Shown: positions 1 through 9,735 of the stretch, one piece after another | Layout of the letters: each line of letters opens with the position of its first letter | Position numbering within the stretch: position 1 is the stretch's first letter | Virus record (IMG/VR): IMGVR_UViG_3300033149_002577 | Origin: a virus | Reading direction: 5' to 3' (one strand) | Length of the DNA: 62,207 nucleotides | Position numbers and translations under genes: made by a program | The notes under the pieces: generated by a model | The model's database searches: none | What the model was told of the DNA's origin: nothing | The model's input: only the letters and a program-made list of their open reading frames with translations

Positions 1-114
1 GAGGCGGCTTGTGAGGGGACCGACGACCATCATTTGATTGGAAACGCTACGGCCGAGGTCGACATGACCGGCGCTTCGATCTCTACAATGATCTGCGGGA
101 GGGTTTATCGCGAC
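1..114. repeat. Terminal direct repeat, copy 1 (identical to 62094..62207)
   Basis: Bases 1-114 recur exactly at 62094-62207. This is the signature of a circular or terminally redundant genome linearised by assembly (unit 62093 bp). Confidence 0.97.
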
Positions 115-222
115 ACCGGAGACACATGGGCGGGAAGCGGAGTTACTGGGCCGATGCTTCACGAACTCGACTTCCACGTCCTCGAGGATGCGCGAGGCTC
201 TAGACAGGAATGGATAAAATAG
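1..222 (+). CDS. C-terminal part of the junction-spanning CDS that starts at 61554
   Basis: Frame 1 is open from base 1 to TAG 220-222. Track ORF 34..222 is its tail. Continuity follows from the 114-nt overlap. Confidence 0.55.
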   Translation, partial: EAACEGTDDHHLIGNATAEVDMTGASISTMICGRVYRDTGDTWAGSGVTGPMLHELDFHVLEDARGSRQEWIK

Positions 223-653
223 AACTGTGCTATTCTCGCCTCATGAGATTTGATTCATACATCACAGCCGTCAATGGAGCGACCACGGCCGACCCTCGAA
301 TGGGTGCATCACCGGCCACCGTTCCGAATACTCACATCGTCAACATCCGAGAGCATGACAAGGACACAGGGCGCCTAGCATCTCGGCTGATCATCGGGTT
401 GGAAGCGCCGGCGGGCGAGACTGTGGATCTTCAACTCTATCTCCTCGACAGCGCCGATGAAGACGCGGCTCCGGCTGCTCGTCATTGGTATCTGTGTGGC
501 ACGATCTCTGGTCTCGCAGGTGGAGCACTGAATCAAACCAGACTTTCGATAGCGGCGGAAGCAGTGGCAGGCGGTGGGCTGCTTTACGTTCGAGTGACAG
601 CCGAAACCATCTCAGCAGACCGACAAATTGCAATTAGAATAGCATCAGCTTAG
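210..653 (+). CDS. Hypothetical protein (147 aa)
   Basis: ORF whose ATG overlaps the upstream stop (ATGGATAAAATAG), suggesting coupling. No motif recognised. Confidence 0.5.
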   Translation: MDKIELCYSRLMRFDSYITAVNGATTADPRMGASPATVPNTHIVNIREHDKDTGRLASRLIIGLEAPAGETVDLQLYLLDSADEDAAPAARHWYLCGTISGLAGGALNQTRLSIAAEAVAGGGLLYVRVTAETISADRQIAIRIASA

Positions 654-664
654 GAGCGAGAATA

Positions 665-1588
665 ATGGCAACGCATCTGGTACTTGAGACATTTGAGGGC
701 GTTTACGATAACCAATCATGGCGAATCAGAGCCGGTGAGATCGTCGACGACACAAGGGTTCCAGTCGCGGCGCTGAAGCCTTATGGGCTTTCGTATGTGA
801 CCTATGCAGCCGGCCTGCAAACGGCTATCAATGCCTACAACGAGCAGCACGGACGGGACGACGTCCCGCCTTCGATGTGGCCGATGCTCGAGGCCTACGA
901 CGTGATCCCGACTGCCACGGCCTTGCAGGGCAGGACCACGGTAACAGAGGCTGATATCTCGGCGATCGAGGCGACTGAAATCTCGAACGAGGGCGTTGCA
1001 GCTTGCGTGATTGCCATTCAAGCCGGGCAACCAACCACGCTCGACACCTTTACGGTCGGCGCCGATATCTACGAGGTCGACGGAGCTGGTGTGAACATCA
1101 ACTTCGCGCTCGCTGGCTCGGCTGAACTCACTCTCGATGCCCTCCTCGCTGCTGCGGTAGCGAGTGGAACCGAAAACCTCTACTGGGACAAACTCACGGC
1201 AACCACGCTTAGAATCAGGACTGCCGATGCGCCCCAGGGGAACATTGTCGGAGCCGATCCAAGCATCGTGCTCGATTCTTCATCGATGGCCAACTGGAGC
1301 TTCGACACCGGAGACATCAATATGAACACCCTGGCCGGCGTCGCGTTGGCCGCGGTTCAATCTGCTACTGCTCAGATCACGATCACGACCGCGATGATCA
1401 CGGCCACGCTCCACCATCTCTCATTCACGTTCACCCCGACCAAGTTCGTTTACTCGGCAGTGACCTCGGCAGGCGTTCCCGTGGCATGGACTGCTGACGC
1501 CCTGGTTATCACCGGCGACGACATCGTTCTAACCCTCGGCACCGACCTGGCAAACACCGACGTGTTGACGGTCACCGCTTCCGAGTAG
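665..1588 (+). CDS. Hypothetical, probably structural protein (307 aa) sharing an N-terminal module with the 61554 CDS
   Basis: GGAG RBS. N-terminus MATHLVLETFEGVYDNQSWR...VPVAALKPYGL...PPSMWPMLE aligns with MASFLVLEGFKGIYNGTTWR...VPVTVLKSYGL...PPSIMPILE. The C-terminal part is Ala/Thr-rich. Confidence 0.6.
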   Translation: MATHLVLETFEGVYDNQSWRIRAGEIVDDTRVPVAALKPYGLSYVTYAAGLQTAINAYNEQHGRDDVPPSMWPMLEAYDVIPTATALQGRTTVTEADISAIEATEISNEGVAACVIAIQAGQPTTLDTFTVGADIYEVDGAGVNINFALAGSAELTLDALLAAAVASGTENLYWDKLTATTLRIRTADAPQGNIVGADPSIVLDSSSMANWSFDTGDINMNTLAGVALAAVQSATAQITITTAMITATLHHLSFTFTPTKFVYSAVTSAGVPVAWTADALVITGDDIVLTLGTDLANTDVLTVTASE

Positions 1589-1631
1589 GCCTGGAAAGCT
1601 CGTGGGTTGCTGACGTGGTAGACTCCGAGCT

Positions 1632-3278
1632 ATGGCGATCCTAGACTTTCTCAAACCGAAAAATAATGAACCGGCATCAGCTCCGATGCTCCCGCAGGTG
1701 CCGTTACGCCAGCTTATCGACGGCGAGAGGCGAGCTGAGCTCCTTGTGCTCCTATCCCATCTTCGAGGCTCTCAGCATACGCACAAACGCTACGACTGGG
1801 ACGCACGGCTGATATTCGGAAGCGATAGCCTCGTCGACGTTCCGATCGATCAATACGTCCCGATGAAACGCCGTCAGCCCTGCGTTTCCCTCCGGCTCGG
1901 AAAGGTAATCGTCAAGCGTTTGACGACGATGGTTTTCGGCCACGACCGCTTCCCGATGCTGACTATCAACGGTGACGCGGAGGCCGAAGACTTCGTCCAA
2001 GAGCTCGCCAAAATGTCCAAGCTCCGAACGAAGATGGTTGAGGCCAGGGACAAGGGCGGGGCCTGCGGATCGGTGATCCTTTCGTGGGGTTTTGTCGACG
2101 GCAAGCCGGTGATTGATGTTCATTCGGCGCCGCTGATTGACGTACTTGAATGGGCGGATTTCGAGAATCGAAAACCCGGGAAGGTCCTCAAAGCCTACGA
2201 CTTCAGAAAACAGGTTTACAGGCCCGACGGAAGGCCCGAGACAAAGACATTTTGGCAGGTTCGATACTGGGATGAAGAAGTCGATATCTCGTGGGAGCCG
2301 ATCCCTGACGACGTTGCAGCTACAACAGGCTGGCAATCATGGCCCTCGAAAACAATCAGGCACGGGCACGGATCATGCCCAATGATCTGGGTTCAGAATA
2401 TCGCCGATTCGGACGAGACCGATGGGATTTGTGATGCCGATGGACAGCACGCGGACTTCGACGAGATGGACCGGTTAGCGAGCGCCACCGAGCGAGGGAC
2501 GATCCTCAACGTCGATCCGACTCTCGTGATTCGAGACCACAAAGGCAAAGACGAAACCGTCATCAGGAAGGGCTCTGGGACGGTCATTTATTCACCTGGT
2601 GGAGCCGAGTATCTCGAGCTTAACGGGTCGGCTGTCGAGGCGTCGAAGTCTCTCCTGCAATCCATCAAACAAAGCGAACTCGACGAGGCCGAGGTTGTGC
2701 TTCTTGACCCTGAGAAGCTCAGCGGAGCCGGAGTGTCAGCGGCAGCCCTCAAAGTCCGCTACGCCCCGATGCTGGCCAAGTGCGACCTCCTTCGAGACCA
2801 ATATGGAGAGGCGATCATCGAGGTGCTCCGGGTCATGCTCGAGACAGCGAAGCGGCTTCAAGAGGTCTCCGTCGACGAAGAGGGCGTCAGGTATTGGTCG
2901 AAGGTTGAGATGGAGCCAAGGATCGAGCGAGTGGAGCCCGAGGAGGGCGAAGAAGCCGGCGTTCTGCTCGTTGAGCGCACTCCTGGGACGAGCGAGAATA
3001 TCAGCTTGAAATGGCCGCCATACTTCCCCGCGACGTGGCAGGATATGAAGGACGGCGTTGAGACCGCGAAGAACGCCACGGGCGGACAGCAACTTCTTTC
3101 GCAGAGGGCTGGCGTTGAGCTTATCGCACCTATGCTTGATATTGACGATGTAGACGACGAACTCGGACGCATCGAAGAGGACCAGAACGCTCAGAGCGAT
3201 CGGGCGAAGGCCATGCTCGAACTCGGTGCGCCGGAACCTCCAGGTAATCCGGTTGATGAGGACGATGAAGAGGAGTAA
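1632..3278 (+). CDS. Portal protein (candidate)
   Basis: 548-aa ORF between the terminase block and a Mu-F-like head gene, with an acidic C-terminal tail (VDEDDEEE). Assigned by size and synteny only. Confidence 0.55.
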   Translation: MAILDFLKPKNNEPASAPMLPQVPLRQLIDGERRAELLVLLSHLRGSQHTHKRYDWDARLIFGSDSLVDVPIDQYVPMKRRQPCVSLRLGKVIVKRLTTMVFGHDRFPMLTINGDAEAEDFVQELAKMSKLRTKMVEARDKGGACGSVILSWGFVDGKPVIDVHSAPLIDVLEWADFENRKPGKVLKAYDFRKQVYRPDGRPETKTFWQVRYWDEEVDISWEPIPDDVAATTGWQSWPSKTIRHGHGSCPMIWVQNIADSDETDGICDADGQHADFDEMDRLASATERGTILNVDPTLVIRDHKGKDETVIRKGSGTVIYSPGGAEYLELNGSAVEASKSLLQSIKQSELDEAEVVLLDPEKLSGAGVSAAALKVRYAPMLAKCDLLRDQYGEAIIEVLRVMLETAKRLQEVSVDEEGVRYWSKVEMEPRIERVEPEEGEEAGVLLVERTPGTSENISLKWPPYFPATWQDMKDGVETAKNATGGQQLLSQRAGVELIAPMLDIDDVDDELGRIEEDQNAQSDRAKAMLELGAPEPPGNPVDEDDEEE

Positions 3279-3366
3279 TTGCCCTTCGTTGCACGTCTAA
3301 TCTCATTATCGTATGATGTCCATGTCACGCGATGTCTTGAAAGGAGCAAATTGATCACAACTTTTC

Positions 3367-3431
3367 GGTTTCCACCTCGTCGATGAGCGTGACAACCCAT
3401 CAACCTTTCAAGGCTTGATGAGGTGGAAACC
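3367..3431 (+). promoter_or_regulatory. Long-range hairpin in the 5' region of the ParB-methyltransferase gene
   Basis: GGTTTCCACCTC (3367-3378) is perfectly complementary to GAGGTGGAAACC (3420-3431). The stem extends inward through G-T pairs that are wobbles only in the + sense. Confidence 0.5.
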
Positions 3432-3446
3432 GGCCTTTCGGGGATT

Positions 3447-4526
3447 ATGATGAAAATAGATTCTGAATTTCACGATCTCATCTCACCGCTTTCCGACGAA
3501 GAAAAGAATCAACTCGAGGCAAACATACTTGCCGACGGCATTCGCGATCCTCTCGTCATCTGGAATGACACCCTCGTCGATGGGCACCATAGATACGAAA
3601 TAGCCAAACGGCATAACCTCACATACCGCACCGTCGAACTCAACCGCGATACTCGAGATGACGTCATGCTTTGGATGATCGATAACCAGGGCGGACGCCG
3701 CAACCTCTCGACCTATGCCAGGGGAGAACTCGGCCTGAAGTACCTTGAGATCGAGTCTCGGCTCGCTAAGGATAGGATGCTCGCAGGCAAAGCTGACCCT
3801 AGGCAGAATTCTGCCCAGGGTAGTCCCGACACTAACAAAGCAGCCGAGCGAGCCGCCAAGACCGTTGACATGTCCCGAGACACCCTTAGCCGAGTGAAGT
3901 ATCTCAACGAGCACGCTGACGATGAGACGAAGACAAAACTACGCTCTAATGAAACATCGATTAATCAAGAATATACAAGATTACGGTTACGCGAAAACAG
4001 CCCACCGTTAGCGAGCAAGCCTCATATTGCTCATAACAGCGGCAATAACGAATGGTACACACCGGCTCGGTTCATCGAGTCTGCCCGAACAGTGATGGGT
4101 TCCATCGACACCGACCCGGCATCGAGTGAGGTAGCGAATGCCGTTGTCGAGGCCGAGACGTACTACACCGAAGAGACAGACGGTCGTGACAAGGTCTGGA
4201 ATGGGAACGTTTGGATGAATCCTCCGTATGCACAACCGCTCATCGGTGACTTCTGTCGAGGAATCGCTGAGCAATACAAGGCCGGCAGCATCAAGCAGGC
4301 ATGCGTTCTTGTGAACAATGCCACGGAAACAGCTTGGTTTTCTGACCTCTTTTCTGCATGCTCGGCAGTCTGCTTCGTTCGTTCAAGGATTCGATTTATT
4401 GATCAAGGAGGCGAAGAATCGGGCTCACCATTACAAGGCCAGGCGGTTGTTTATTGCGGGTATAATGCATCAGGTTTCGTGGATGAGTTCAAGGCTCACG
4501 GAACGTGTATGATTAAGCCGGAATGA
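3447..4526 (+). CDS. ParB-like nuclease domain fused to an N6-adenine DNA methyltransferase
   Basis: N-terminal ParB/sulfiredoxin motif (DPLVIWNDTLVDGHHRYEIA). C-terminal methyltransferase with catalytic NPPY (VWMNPPYAQP). ATG 3447 is preferred over the GTG 3423 of the ORF track. Confidence 0.85.
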   Translation: MMKIDSEFHDLISPLSDEEKNQLEANILADGIRDPLVIWNDTLVDGHHRYEIAKRHNLTYRTVELNRDTRDDVMLWMIDNQGGRRNLSTYARGELGLKYLEIESRLAKDRMLAGKADPRQNSAQGSPDTNKAAERAAKTVDMSRDTLSRVKYLNEHADDETKTKLRSNETSINQEYTRLRLRENSPPLASKPHIAHNSGNNEWYTPARFIESARTVMGSIDTDPASSEVANAVVEAETYYTEETDGRDKVWNGNVWMNPPYAQPLIGDFCRGIAEQYKAGSIKQACVLVNNATETAWFSDLFSACSAVCFVRSRIRFIDQGGEESGSPLQGQAVVYCGYNASGFVDEFKAHGTCMIKPE

Positions 4527-4945
4527 AGACACGCCACAGAAATACTAGTTCAAAAGCGAACAAGATGCGCTGGAACTGCGAGAAGGACGGTTGTTTCAAT
4601 GTGAAGCATCGTTTGAAGCTCGAGATATTCGCTGAGTGTTTCGGCGGCAATATCATGATGTCCGACGTCGATGGCGAGGTTGAAAGAAATGGCCAGTGGT
4701 TGCGTATCGAATGGAAGAACCCAGGCGTCGGGCTGCCTGTCGGTCAACGCATCAATTACGAGCGGCTCTCAAGGGATACACCGACAGCCATTTTCATTGT
4801 CAATGGAGACGCCGAGACGATGAAAGTTGATTCGTTCGGGATTTATCGAAAAGGGAAATACCATCCGGACGAAGGACATAGCTTGGATGAACTCAAAGCA
4901 CGATTCGTCAGATGGTATGACTGGGTCGATAAGGCGAGACGATAA
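4523..4945 (+). CDS. Hypothetical protein, possibly a PD-(D/E)xK-like nuclease
   Basis: 140-aa ORF with overlapping start and stop codons on both sides. SDVDGEVE...LRIEWK resembles a D...ExK nuclease core. Weak. Confidence 0.45.
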   Translation: MKTRHRNTSSKANKMRWNCEKDGCFNVKHRLKLEIFAECFGGNIMMSDVDGEVERNGQWLRIEWKNPGVGLPVGQRINYERLSRDTPTAIFIVNGDAETMKVDSFGIYRKGKYHPDEGHSLDELKARFVRWYDWVDKARR

Positions 4946-5988
4946 TGCCCGACCTCATAGCAGCCGACGAAGCGATCGGAAGGTTCCTCACCCGAACCGA
5001 CCGCCTCATCACACTGACCGATAGAAATGGCCGACGAGCAGCCCGTGAACTTCTCGCGGTCCTCGCCGAGGCCGATAGGTCCCTTGCCCATCGACTTGAA
5101 CTCTGGACGAGCCTGAACGGTGGCGGGGAGATGAGGTTCACAGAGGCCTCGATGCTCGTCTACCGGGAGCAGATGAGAGTTGTCACCGAGTTCGTCGAAC
5201 AACGCCTCCTCGGGCTCACCTCGGAGCAGGCTTTCGCGGCGTCGATGATAGCCCTGAAGCGAACCGTCGCGCTCACCAGACAGCTCGAATTCGCATTCAC
5301 GGGGATCACGGTTCCCCTCAGAGTCAACGAAGCTCTCATCATGCGGCTTCAGCCCTCGCTCCTCGCTCGGCATGCCACCTCGGTTGATCGGTACGGCCAG
5401 GCGATGATCGCCGAAATGCAGCGGCGGATGGCCGAGGGGCTCCTCGAAGGCGTCAGCCAGAGAGAGATGACCAACAGGCTCGTAGCGATGCGGGGACCTC
5501 AGGGGTTGGTATCCCTCAGAGCCTTCGAGATGCAGCCTGGGATGGTCGTCAGGACGCAAGAGGCGATGATCCCTGAAGGGCTGTTCGTCGCCAAGAGATT
5601 CTGGGCTTGGCGGATCGTCCGTACCGAGGTCGCTGAGGCTCAGAACGCCACCGCTCAAGAGGAATACTACGAAGCCCGCGAGGAACTCCCGGATATGCAG
5701 CGGAAGATCCTCGCCATCCTGGACAACCGAACCGCCCAAGACTCCCTCGGCGTTCACGGCCAAGTGAGAGCTCTCGATAAGCCGTTTCTGGACGGTGCCG
5801 GGCGTTCCTATATGCGCCCCCCGTCACGCCCAAACGACCGTGAAACTCTCGTCCCATGGCGTCCACATTGGTCTAGTACCCCACGATCTCGGCCTCTGTC
5901 GGCGTCCGAACGCGAACGAATCTGGACGAGAAATGAGCGCTGGCAGGCGGATCGGGCGAGGAGAAGAGCCCGGGCAAAACGCGGCTGA
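4945..5988 (+). CDS. Head morphogenesis protein (Mu gpF / SPP1 gp7 family)
   Basis: Family-like signature RIVRTEVAEAQN...DNRTAQDSLGVHGQV...PF. Located near the portal. Confidence 0.65.
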   Translation: MPDLIAADEAIGRFLTRTDRLITLTDRNGRRAARELLAVLAEADRSLAHRLELWTSLNGGGEMRFTEASMLVYREQMRVVTEFVEQRLLGLTSEQAFAASMIALKRTVALTRQLEFAFTGITVPLRVNEALIMRLQPSLLARHATSVDRYGQAMIAEMQRRMAEGLLEGVSQREMTNRLVAMRGPQGLVSLRAFEMQPGMVVRTQEAMIPEGLFVAKRFWAWRIVRTEVAEAQNATAQEEYYEAREELPDMQRKILAILDNRTAQDSLGVHGQVRALDKPFLDGAGRSYMRPPSRPNDRETLVPWRPHWSSTPRSRPLSASERERIWTRNERWQADRARRRARAKRG

Positions 5989-6090
5989 GATCTTTTTTTC
6001 GGATTATGATGATTTTTCTTTCCGCTGTACGTTTTGCCGCGTATACTTAATAGTGTTCCGAGGGGGACAGGGAAAGTGAAAGGAAAGAAA

Positions 6091-6420
6091 ATGTCATATC
6101 AGATCAGAGAGAACACCCAAGTAATTATCGTGAGCGACGCCGAAAAAACGGCGACTGATTATTTCGAGGAAGGCTTCTTGGAAGACTTCATGGCATGGCT
6201 CGAAGACTCGCCCGACTTCGAGCTCGAGTATGGAAACGACCTCCAGAGTTCATTGGCCGGTTGGATTTTCGGCGATGACAAGCTCGAGGCCACCGAGCCT
6301 TTCGACCTCGACGCCGACAGAGCCATCCACCAGTTTGGGAAGATCGATTCTTGGACCTATATCCTTCGCCAAAAACTCTTTGAGCTTTGCGCTTGCGAGC
6401 TCGAAATTAACGTCGAATAG
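6091..6420 (+). CDS. Hypothetical acidic protein (109 aa)
   Basis: ATG 6091 is preceded by GAAAGTGAAAGGAAAGA (6072-6088). It lies inside track ORF 6034..6420. Confidence 0.6.
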   Translation: MSYQIRENTQVIIVSDAEKTATDYFEEGFLEDFMAWLEDSPDFELEYGNDLQSSLAGWIFGDDKLEATEPFDLDADRAIHQFGKIDSWTYILRQKLFELCACELEINVE

Positions 6421-6494
6421 GTCGAAACGGGCTCCGGCCCGTCCGTGTCTGTAGGCACGCTGATGAGACCTGAAAGTGAAAGGAAAGAGAGAGA

Positions 6495-7739
6495 ATGGAC
6501 GACCAAAAAGACGAGACCTACAAGATTCCGAATGAGAACCTTCCGGCCCTCGACGCGGCCATCGCGAAGCTCAACAAAAAGGCCGACAAGCTGGGCTGTT
6601 TTCCGGTGTCATACGACGTCACCGGGACGGTCAAAGAAGAGATCAAAGACGACAAGGGCGAGGTCATTGGCTATCGCCTCTATAGCCTCGTCGCTATCGA
6701 TGGTGAAGCTCCTAAGATTCCAGGTTGGAGTTTTGAAGGCATCGTAGCCTTCTCCGATCCTGCCGTCGACGGTTTCATCCTCCGAATGGCACCAAGTGCC
6801 GAGGATCTTGACCGCAGTTTCCGAGCAGGGATCACCGCCGATCCTCGTCGTTGTGACCACTGTGGTACCCAGCGGAATAGGCGAGAGACCTTCGTCGTCC
6901 GCAGTGATGACGGGCTCTACCACCTCGTGGGCCGGACCTGTCTCAAGGACTTCACGGGCCATAGCAATCCCCAGGCGATCGCGAGCTATTTCACGATGCT
7001 CGATGACCTCCTCGTTGCCCTCGGCGATGATGAGACCGGCTTCGGTGCGTGCGGATATGTCGCTCCGCTCCTCGAAATCCTCGGCTTCATGGCCGTCGTG
7101 GTCGCGCTCGCTCGGCTCGATGGGTTCATGAGTAAACGTGAATCCCTTGCCCGCTACGACAACCCAGTCCCCACGGCTTCAACGGCCTGGGAGCTTTGCA
7201 GCCCATGGAGTAAAGAGGGCAAAAAAGAATCAAAACGATTTCACGAGGAGGAACTCACGGACGCCGACAGCGCAAAGGCCGAGAAGATCATCGCCTTTCT
7301 TCCGACCATGTGGGCGCAGGACGAAGACGAACTCTCCGATTTTATCCTCAATCTCAGAAATTCCGTATCAACCGATCTCGTCTCAGGACGGACAAGTGGC
7401 ATCGTGGCTGCCGGGTATGTCTGCTACGAACGCGAGATGAACGATAAGGCTCGCGAGAAGCTCGGCGATAAACTCCGTGGCTCTGAGCACCAAGGACAGC
7501 CGAAGCAGCGCCTCACGCTCGAGCTCACCGTTCACAGCGTGAGATTCATCGAAGGTCCCTACGGCTCCACGGCACTCACGAAGCTCCACGACGCCGACTT
7601 CAACTCCTACTGTTGGTTCAATTCCGGCTCCACGGAGCTCGAGGTCAACGAGACCTACCGACTCAAAGGGACGGTCAAGAAACACGACTCTTACAATGGG
7701 ATCAACGAGACGCACCTGAGCCGCTGCAAAGTACTTTAG
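6495..7739 (+). CDS. Hypothetical protein with a Cys/His zinc-binding motif (414 aa)
   Basis: Same 17-nt RBS motif at 6472-6488. Contains RRCDHCGTQRNRRETFVV...YHLVGRTC. Function unknown. Confidence 0.6.
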   Translation: MDDQKDETYKIPNENLPALDAAIAKLNKKADKLGCFPVSYDVTGTVKEEIKDDKGEVIGYRLYSLVAIDGEAPKIPGWSFEGIVAFSDPAVDGFILRMAPSAEDLDRSFRAGITADPRRCDHCGTQRNRRETFVVRSDDGLYHLVGRTCLKDFTGHSNPQAIASYFTMLDDLLVALGDDETGFGACGYVAPLLEILGFMAVVVALARLDGFMSKRESLARYDNPVPTASTAWELCSPWSKEGKKESKRFHEEELTDADSAKAEKIIAFLPTMWAQDEDELSDFILNLRNSVSTDLVSGRTSGIVAAGYVCYEREMNDKAREKLGDKLRGSEHQGQPKQRLTLELTVHSVRFIEGPYGSTALTKLHDADFNSYCWFNSGSTELEVNETYRLKGTVKKHDSYNGINETHLSRCKVL

Positions 7740-7755
7740 GGAAAGGAAAGAGATC

Positions 7756-7953
7756 ATGAACAACCGAGAACAGGAACTAGTCGACGAAATCATCCTCGTA
7801 GCCGTCAACCAGGGCGACTTCTACCCAAGCGACCCCGAGGGCTCCGTAGACGAGGCCTTCGAGCAATGGGTGACGCAGCTCCGCCGAGAATGGGACGGGC
7901 GAGACCTCCGGGGAGCAGCCATCAAAGAGGTAAAGGAGCAGTGGAAGTCATGA
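7756..7953 (+). CDS. Hypothetical protein (65 aa)
   Basis: RBS GGGAAAGGAAAGAG precedes the ATG. Confidence 0.5.
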   Translation: MNNREQELVDEIILVAVNQGDFYPSDPEGSVDEAFEQWVTQLRREWDGRDLRGAAIKEVKEQWKS

Positions 7954-8129
7954 GCAAATTGCTCGACGAGCACTTTGATAGAGTGGTTGAGAACGGCGTC
8001 ACATTCTACATTCCAAGGACCGAGGATGCTCATGGGCACGTCAAATCCACGGGTGTTTGCCCCGTATGCAGCACGCGGACGATAACCGGCGGTCGCTGCC
8101 TTAGTTGTGATTGGAGGATTCCATCATGA
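7950..8129 (+). CDS. Small zinc-ribbon protein (59 aa)
   Basis: ATG 7950 overlaps the upstream stop. Contains CPVCSTR...CLSC. Confidence 0.5.
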   Translation: MSKLLDEHFDRVVENGVTFYIPRTEDAHGHVKSTGVCPVCSTRTITGGRCLSCDWRIPS

Positions 8130-8296
8130 AGATCATGATCGCAGAAACGATTTTGAACCATTGGCTTGTCACCATCGACGGCGATGAGATAGGTGAATTC
8201 AAATCCTACGATATCGCCTGTCTTATGATGCGATCCGAGGCCTTCACGAAAGCCGTGGAGCAGAAGCTTTTGGACGCAGAAATCGAGGTCGAGTGA
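8126..8296 (+). CDS. Hypothetical protein (56 aa)
   Basis: ATG overlaps the upstream stop. Part of a coupled small-gene series. Confidence 0.45.
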   Translation: MKIMIAETILNHWLVTIDGDEIGEFKSYDIACLMMRSEAFTKAVEQKLLDAEIEVE

Positions 8297-8514
8297 TGAG
8301 TAACCCCGGCGAGACATTGGGCGAGGCATTGAAGGCCCGAGGACTTCGCCACCGCCCCGGAAAAGTCCACGGGAAAAGAGAAATCTACGAAGCTGAAACG
8401 GGCCGGGTGCTTGGCGACTTCAACGCCCGCGAAGGCTGGACGCTGATCGCCGATATGCGGATTGATGACAGCTTTGAGATCGTGCGAGAAATCGAAAGGA
8501 TCAACCATGGATAA
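8293..8514 (+). CDS. Hypothetical protein (73 aa)
   Basis: Start and stop overlap (GTGATGA). Coding-like composition. Confidence 0.5.
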   Translation: MMSNPGETLGEALKARGLRHRPGKVHGKREIYEAETGRVLGDFNAREGWTLIADMRIDDSFEIVREIERINHG

Positions 8515-8683
8515 CATCATCATTCACCGACCGAGCAAAGCGAAGACCACGACCACCGACGGATTGACGGTCGAGCACATTTTTCCGTGTGATATGTGTT
8601 CCGAAGTTGCGCGCCACACCTCGCCAGACGACGGAGCTCGACTATGCGATATTTGCTGGGAGATAGAACAGGACGTACTTTGA
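8507..8683 (+). CDS. Small Cys-rich protein (58 aa)
   Basis: ATG 8507. Contains CDMC...CDIC, a zinc-ribbon pattern. Confidence 0.45.
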   Translation: MDNIIIHRPSKAKTTTTDGLTVEHIFPCDMCSEVARHTSPDDGARLCDICWEIEQDVL

Positions 8684-8979
8684 TGGACAATCCCTTCGGC
8701 CTCGGAGTAGAAACCCTTTCCAGGAAGCTCTCGAAGCACCACGGCCAATGGAACGCCGCGAAGGCCATCCACAACCTCGACACGGGCGACGTCACCAACC
8801 ACCGGGCTCGAGACAGCTCATTTCGTCGGTGTATTTCATGGCTCTATCCGCATAAGTCAGCGGCCATAATTTCGGATTTTGAATATCCTGTTTTGCCGCG
8901 ATGGATCAACGGCGAGTCCTCATCAAATCCCTACGATCTGTCTTTTGGGCCAAGGAAAGGCGGCCATCATGCCGACTAA
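8683..8979 (+). CDS. Hypothetical protein (98 aa)
   Basis: ATG 8683 overlaps the upstream stop (TGATGG). No motif recognised. Confidence 0.35.
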   Translation: MDNPFGLGVETLSRKLSKHHGQWNAAKAIHNLDTGDVTNHRARDSSFRRCISWLYPHKSAAIISDFEYPVLPRWINGESSSNPYDLSFGPRKGGHHAD

Positions 8980-9709
8980 AATCGAATGGGCCACGGAGAC
9001 CTGGAACCCGGTCACCGGCTGCTCAAAGACGAGCCCGGGATGTGACAATTGCTACGCCGAGAGGATGCCAAAGCGCCTCGCGGGTCGCTGTGGGTACCCT
9101 GCAGTGCCGAATAGTTTCGATGTCACGTTGCATCCAAACCGCCTCGAGCAACCGTTGAAATGGAAGCCATCTCGCCGGGTGTTCGTCTGCTCGATGGGTG
9201 ATCTCTTTCATGAGGATGTTCCCTTCAAATACATCACTGAGATTTTTAGCGTGATGGCGCGATGTCCTCATCACGTTTTCCAGGTGCTGACCAAGCGGCC
9301 TGCCCGGGCTCTTGAGTGGTTTGGTTATCCGAGTGATTTCAACCTTGAGCCTCTCCCTAACATCTGGTTTGGCGTCACAACTGAGGACCAACAGCGAGCA
9401 GATGAGCGCGTTCCGCTGCTCCTTCAGATCCCGGCTGCCGTTCGATTTGTTTCGGCGGAGCCGATGCTTGGCCCGGTTGACATGCGTCCATTGCACGACC
9501 ATTGGAGCGAGGGCTCCGGACGACTCGTGGACTGGGTGATCTGTGGTGCCGAAACCGGTCCAGGAACTCGCCCCATGGATCTGGAATGGGCTCGGAACCT
9601 TCGTGATCAATGCGCCTCAGCGGGCGTCCCTTTCTTTTTCAAAAAGGACAGTAGCGGAGGCCGAACGATCGACGGCGATACCCACGAAGCTTGCCCCGTC
9701 TTGAAATAA
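8969..9709 (+). CDS. Phage Gp37/Gp68 family protein (DUF5131)
   Basis: IEWATETWNPVTGCSKTSPGCDNCYAE, VSAEPMLGP and WVICGAETGPG match the family signature. The start is ATG 8969, inside track ORF 8879. Confidence 0.8.
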   Translation: MPTKIEWATETWNPVTGCSKTSPGCDNCYAERMPKRLAGRCGYPAVPNSFDVTLHPNRLEQPLKWKPSRRVFVCSMGDLFHEDVPFKYITEIFSVMARCPHHVFQVLTKRPARALEWFGYPSDFNLEPLPNIWFGVTTEDQQRADERVPLLLQIPAAVRFVSAEPMLGPVDMRPLHDHWSEGSGRLVDWVICGAETGPGTRPMDLEWARNLRDQCASAGVPFFFKKDSSGGRTIDGDTHEACPVLK

Positions 9710-9729
9710 TCCGCGTCAAAACGTACACT
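9701..9729 (+). promoter_or_regulatory. Promoter TTGAAA-17-TACACT with an operator copy (9710-9725) in the spacer
   Basis: -35 TTGAAA at 9701-9706 and -10 TACACT at 9724-9729, then 6 nt to ATG 9736 with no SD. TCCGCGTCAAAACGTA matches the 16-bp palindrome consensus at 13 of 16 positions. Confidence 0.6.
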
Positions 9730-9735
9730 CAAGAC

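Noticed and set aside
1752-2336. Numerous ORFs antisense to or overlapping clear genes, for example 1752-2336 (minus), 4843-5763 (minus), 9023-9610 (minus), 26964-27788 (minus), 27070-27912 (minus), 55358-56008 (minus) and 59597-60163 (minus).
   Set aside because: They lie opposite or out of frame to genes with motif-level support (portal, Mu-F, Gp37/68, tape measure, methyltransferase, terminase). They have Arg/Ser/Pro-rich off-frame composition and no RBS.
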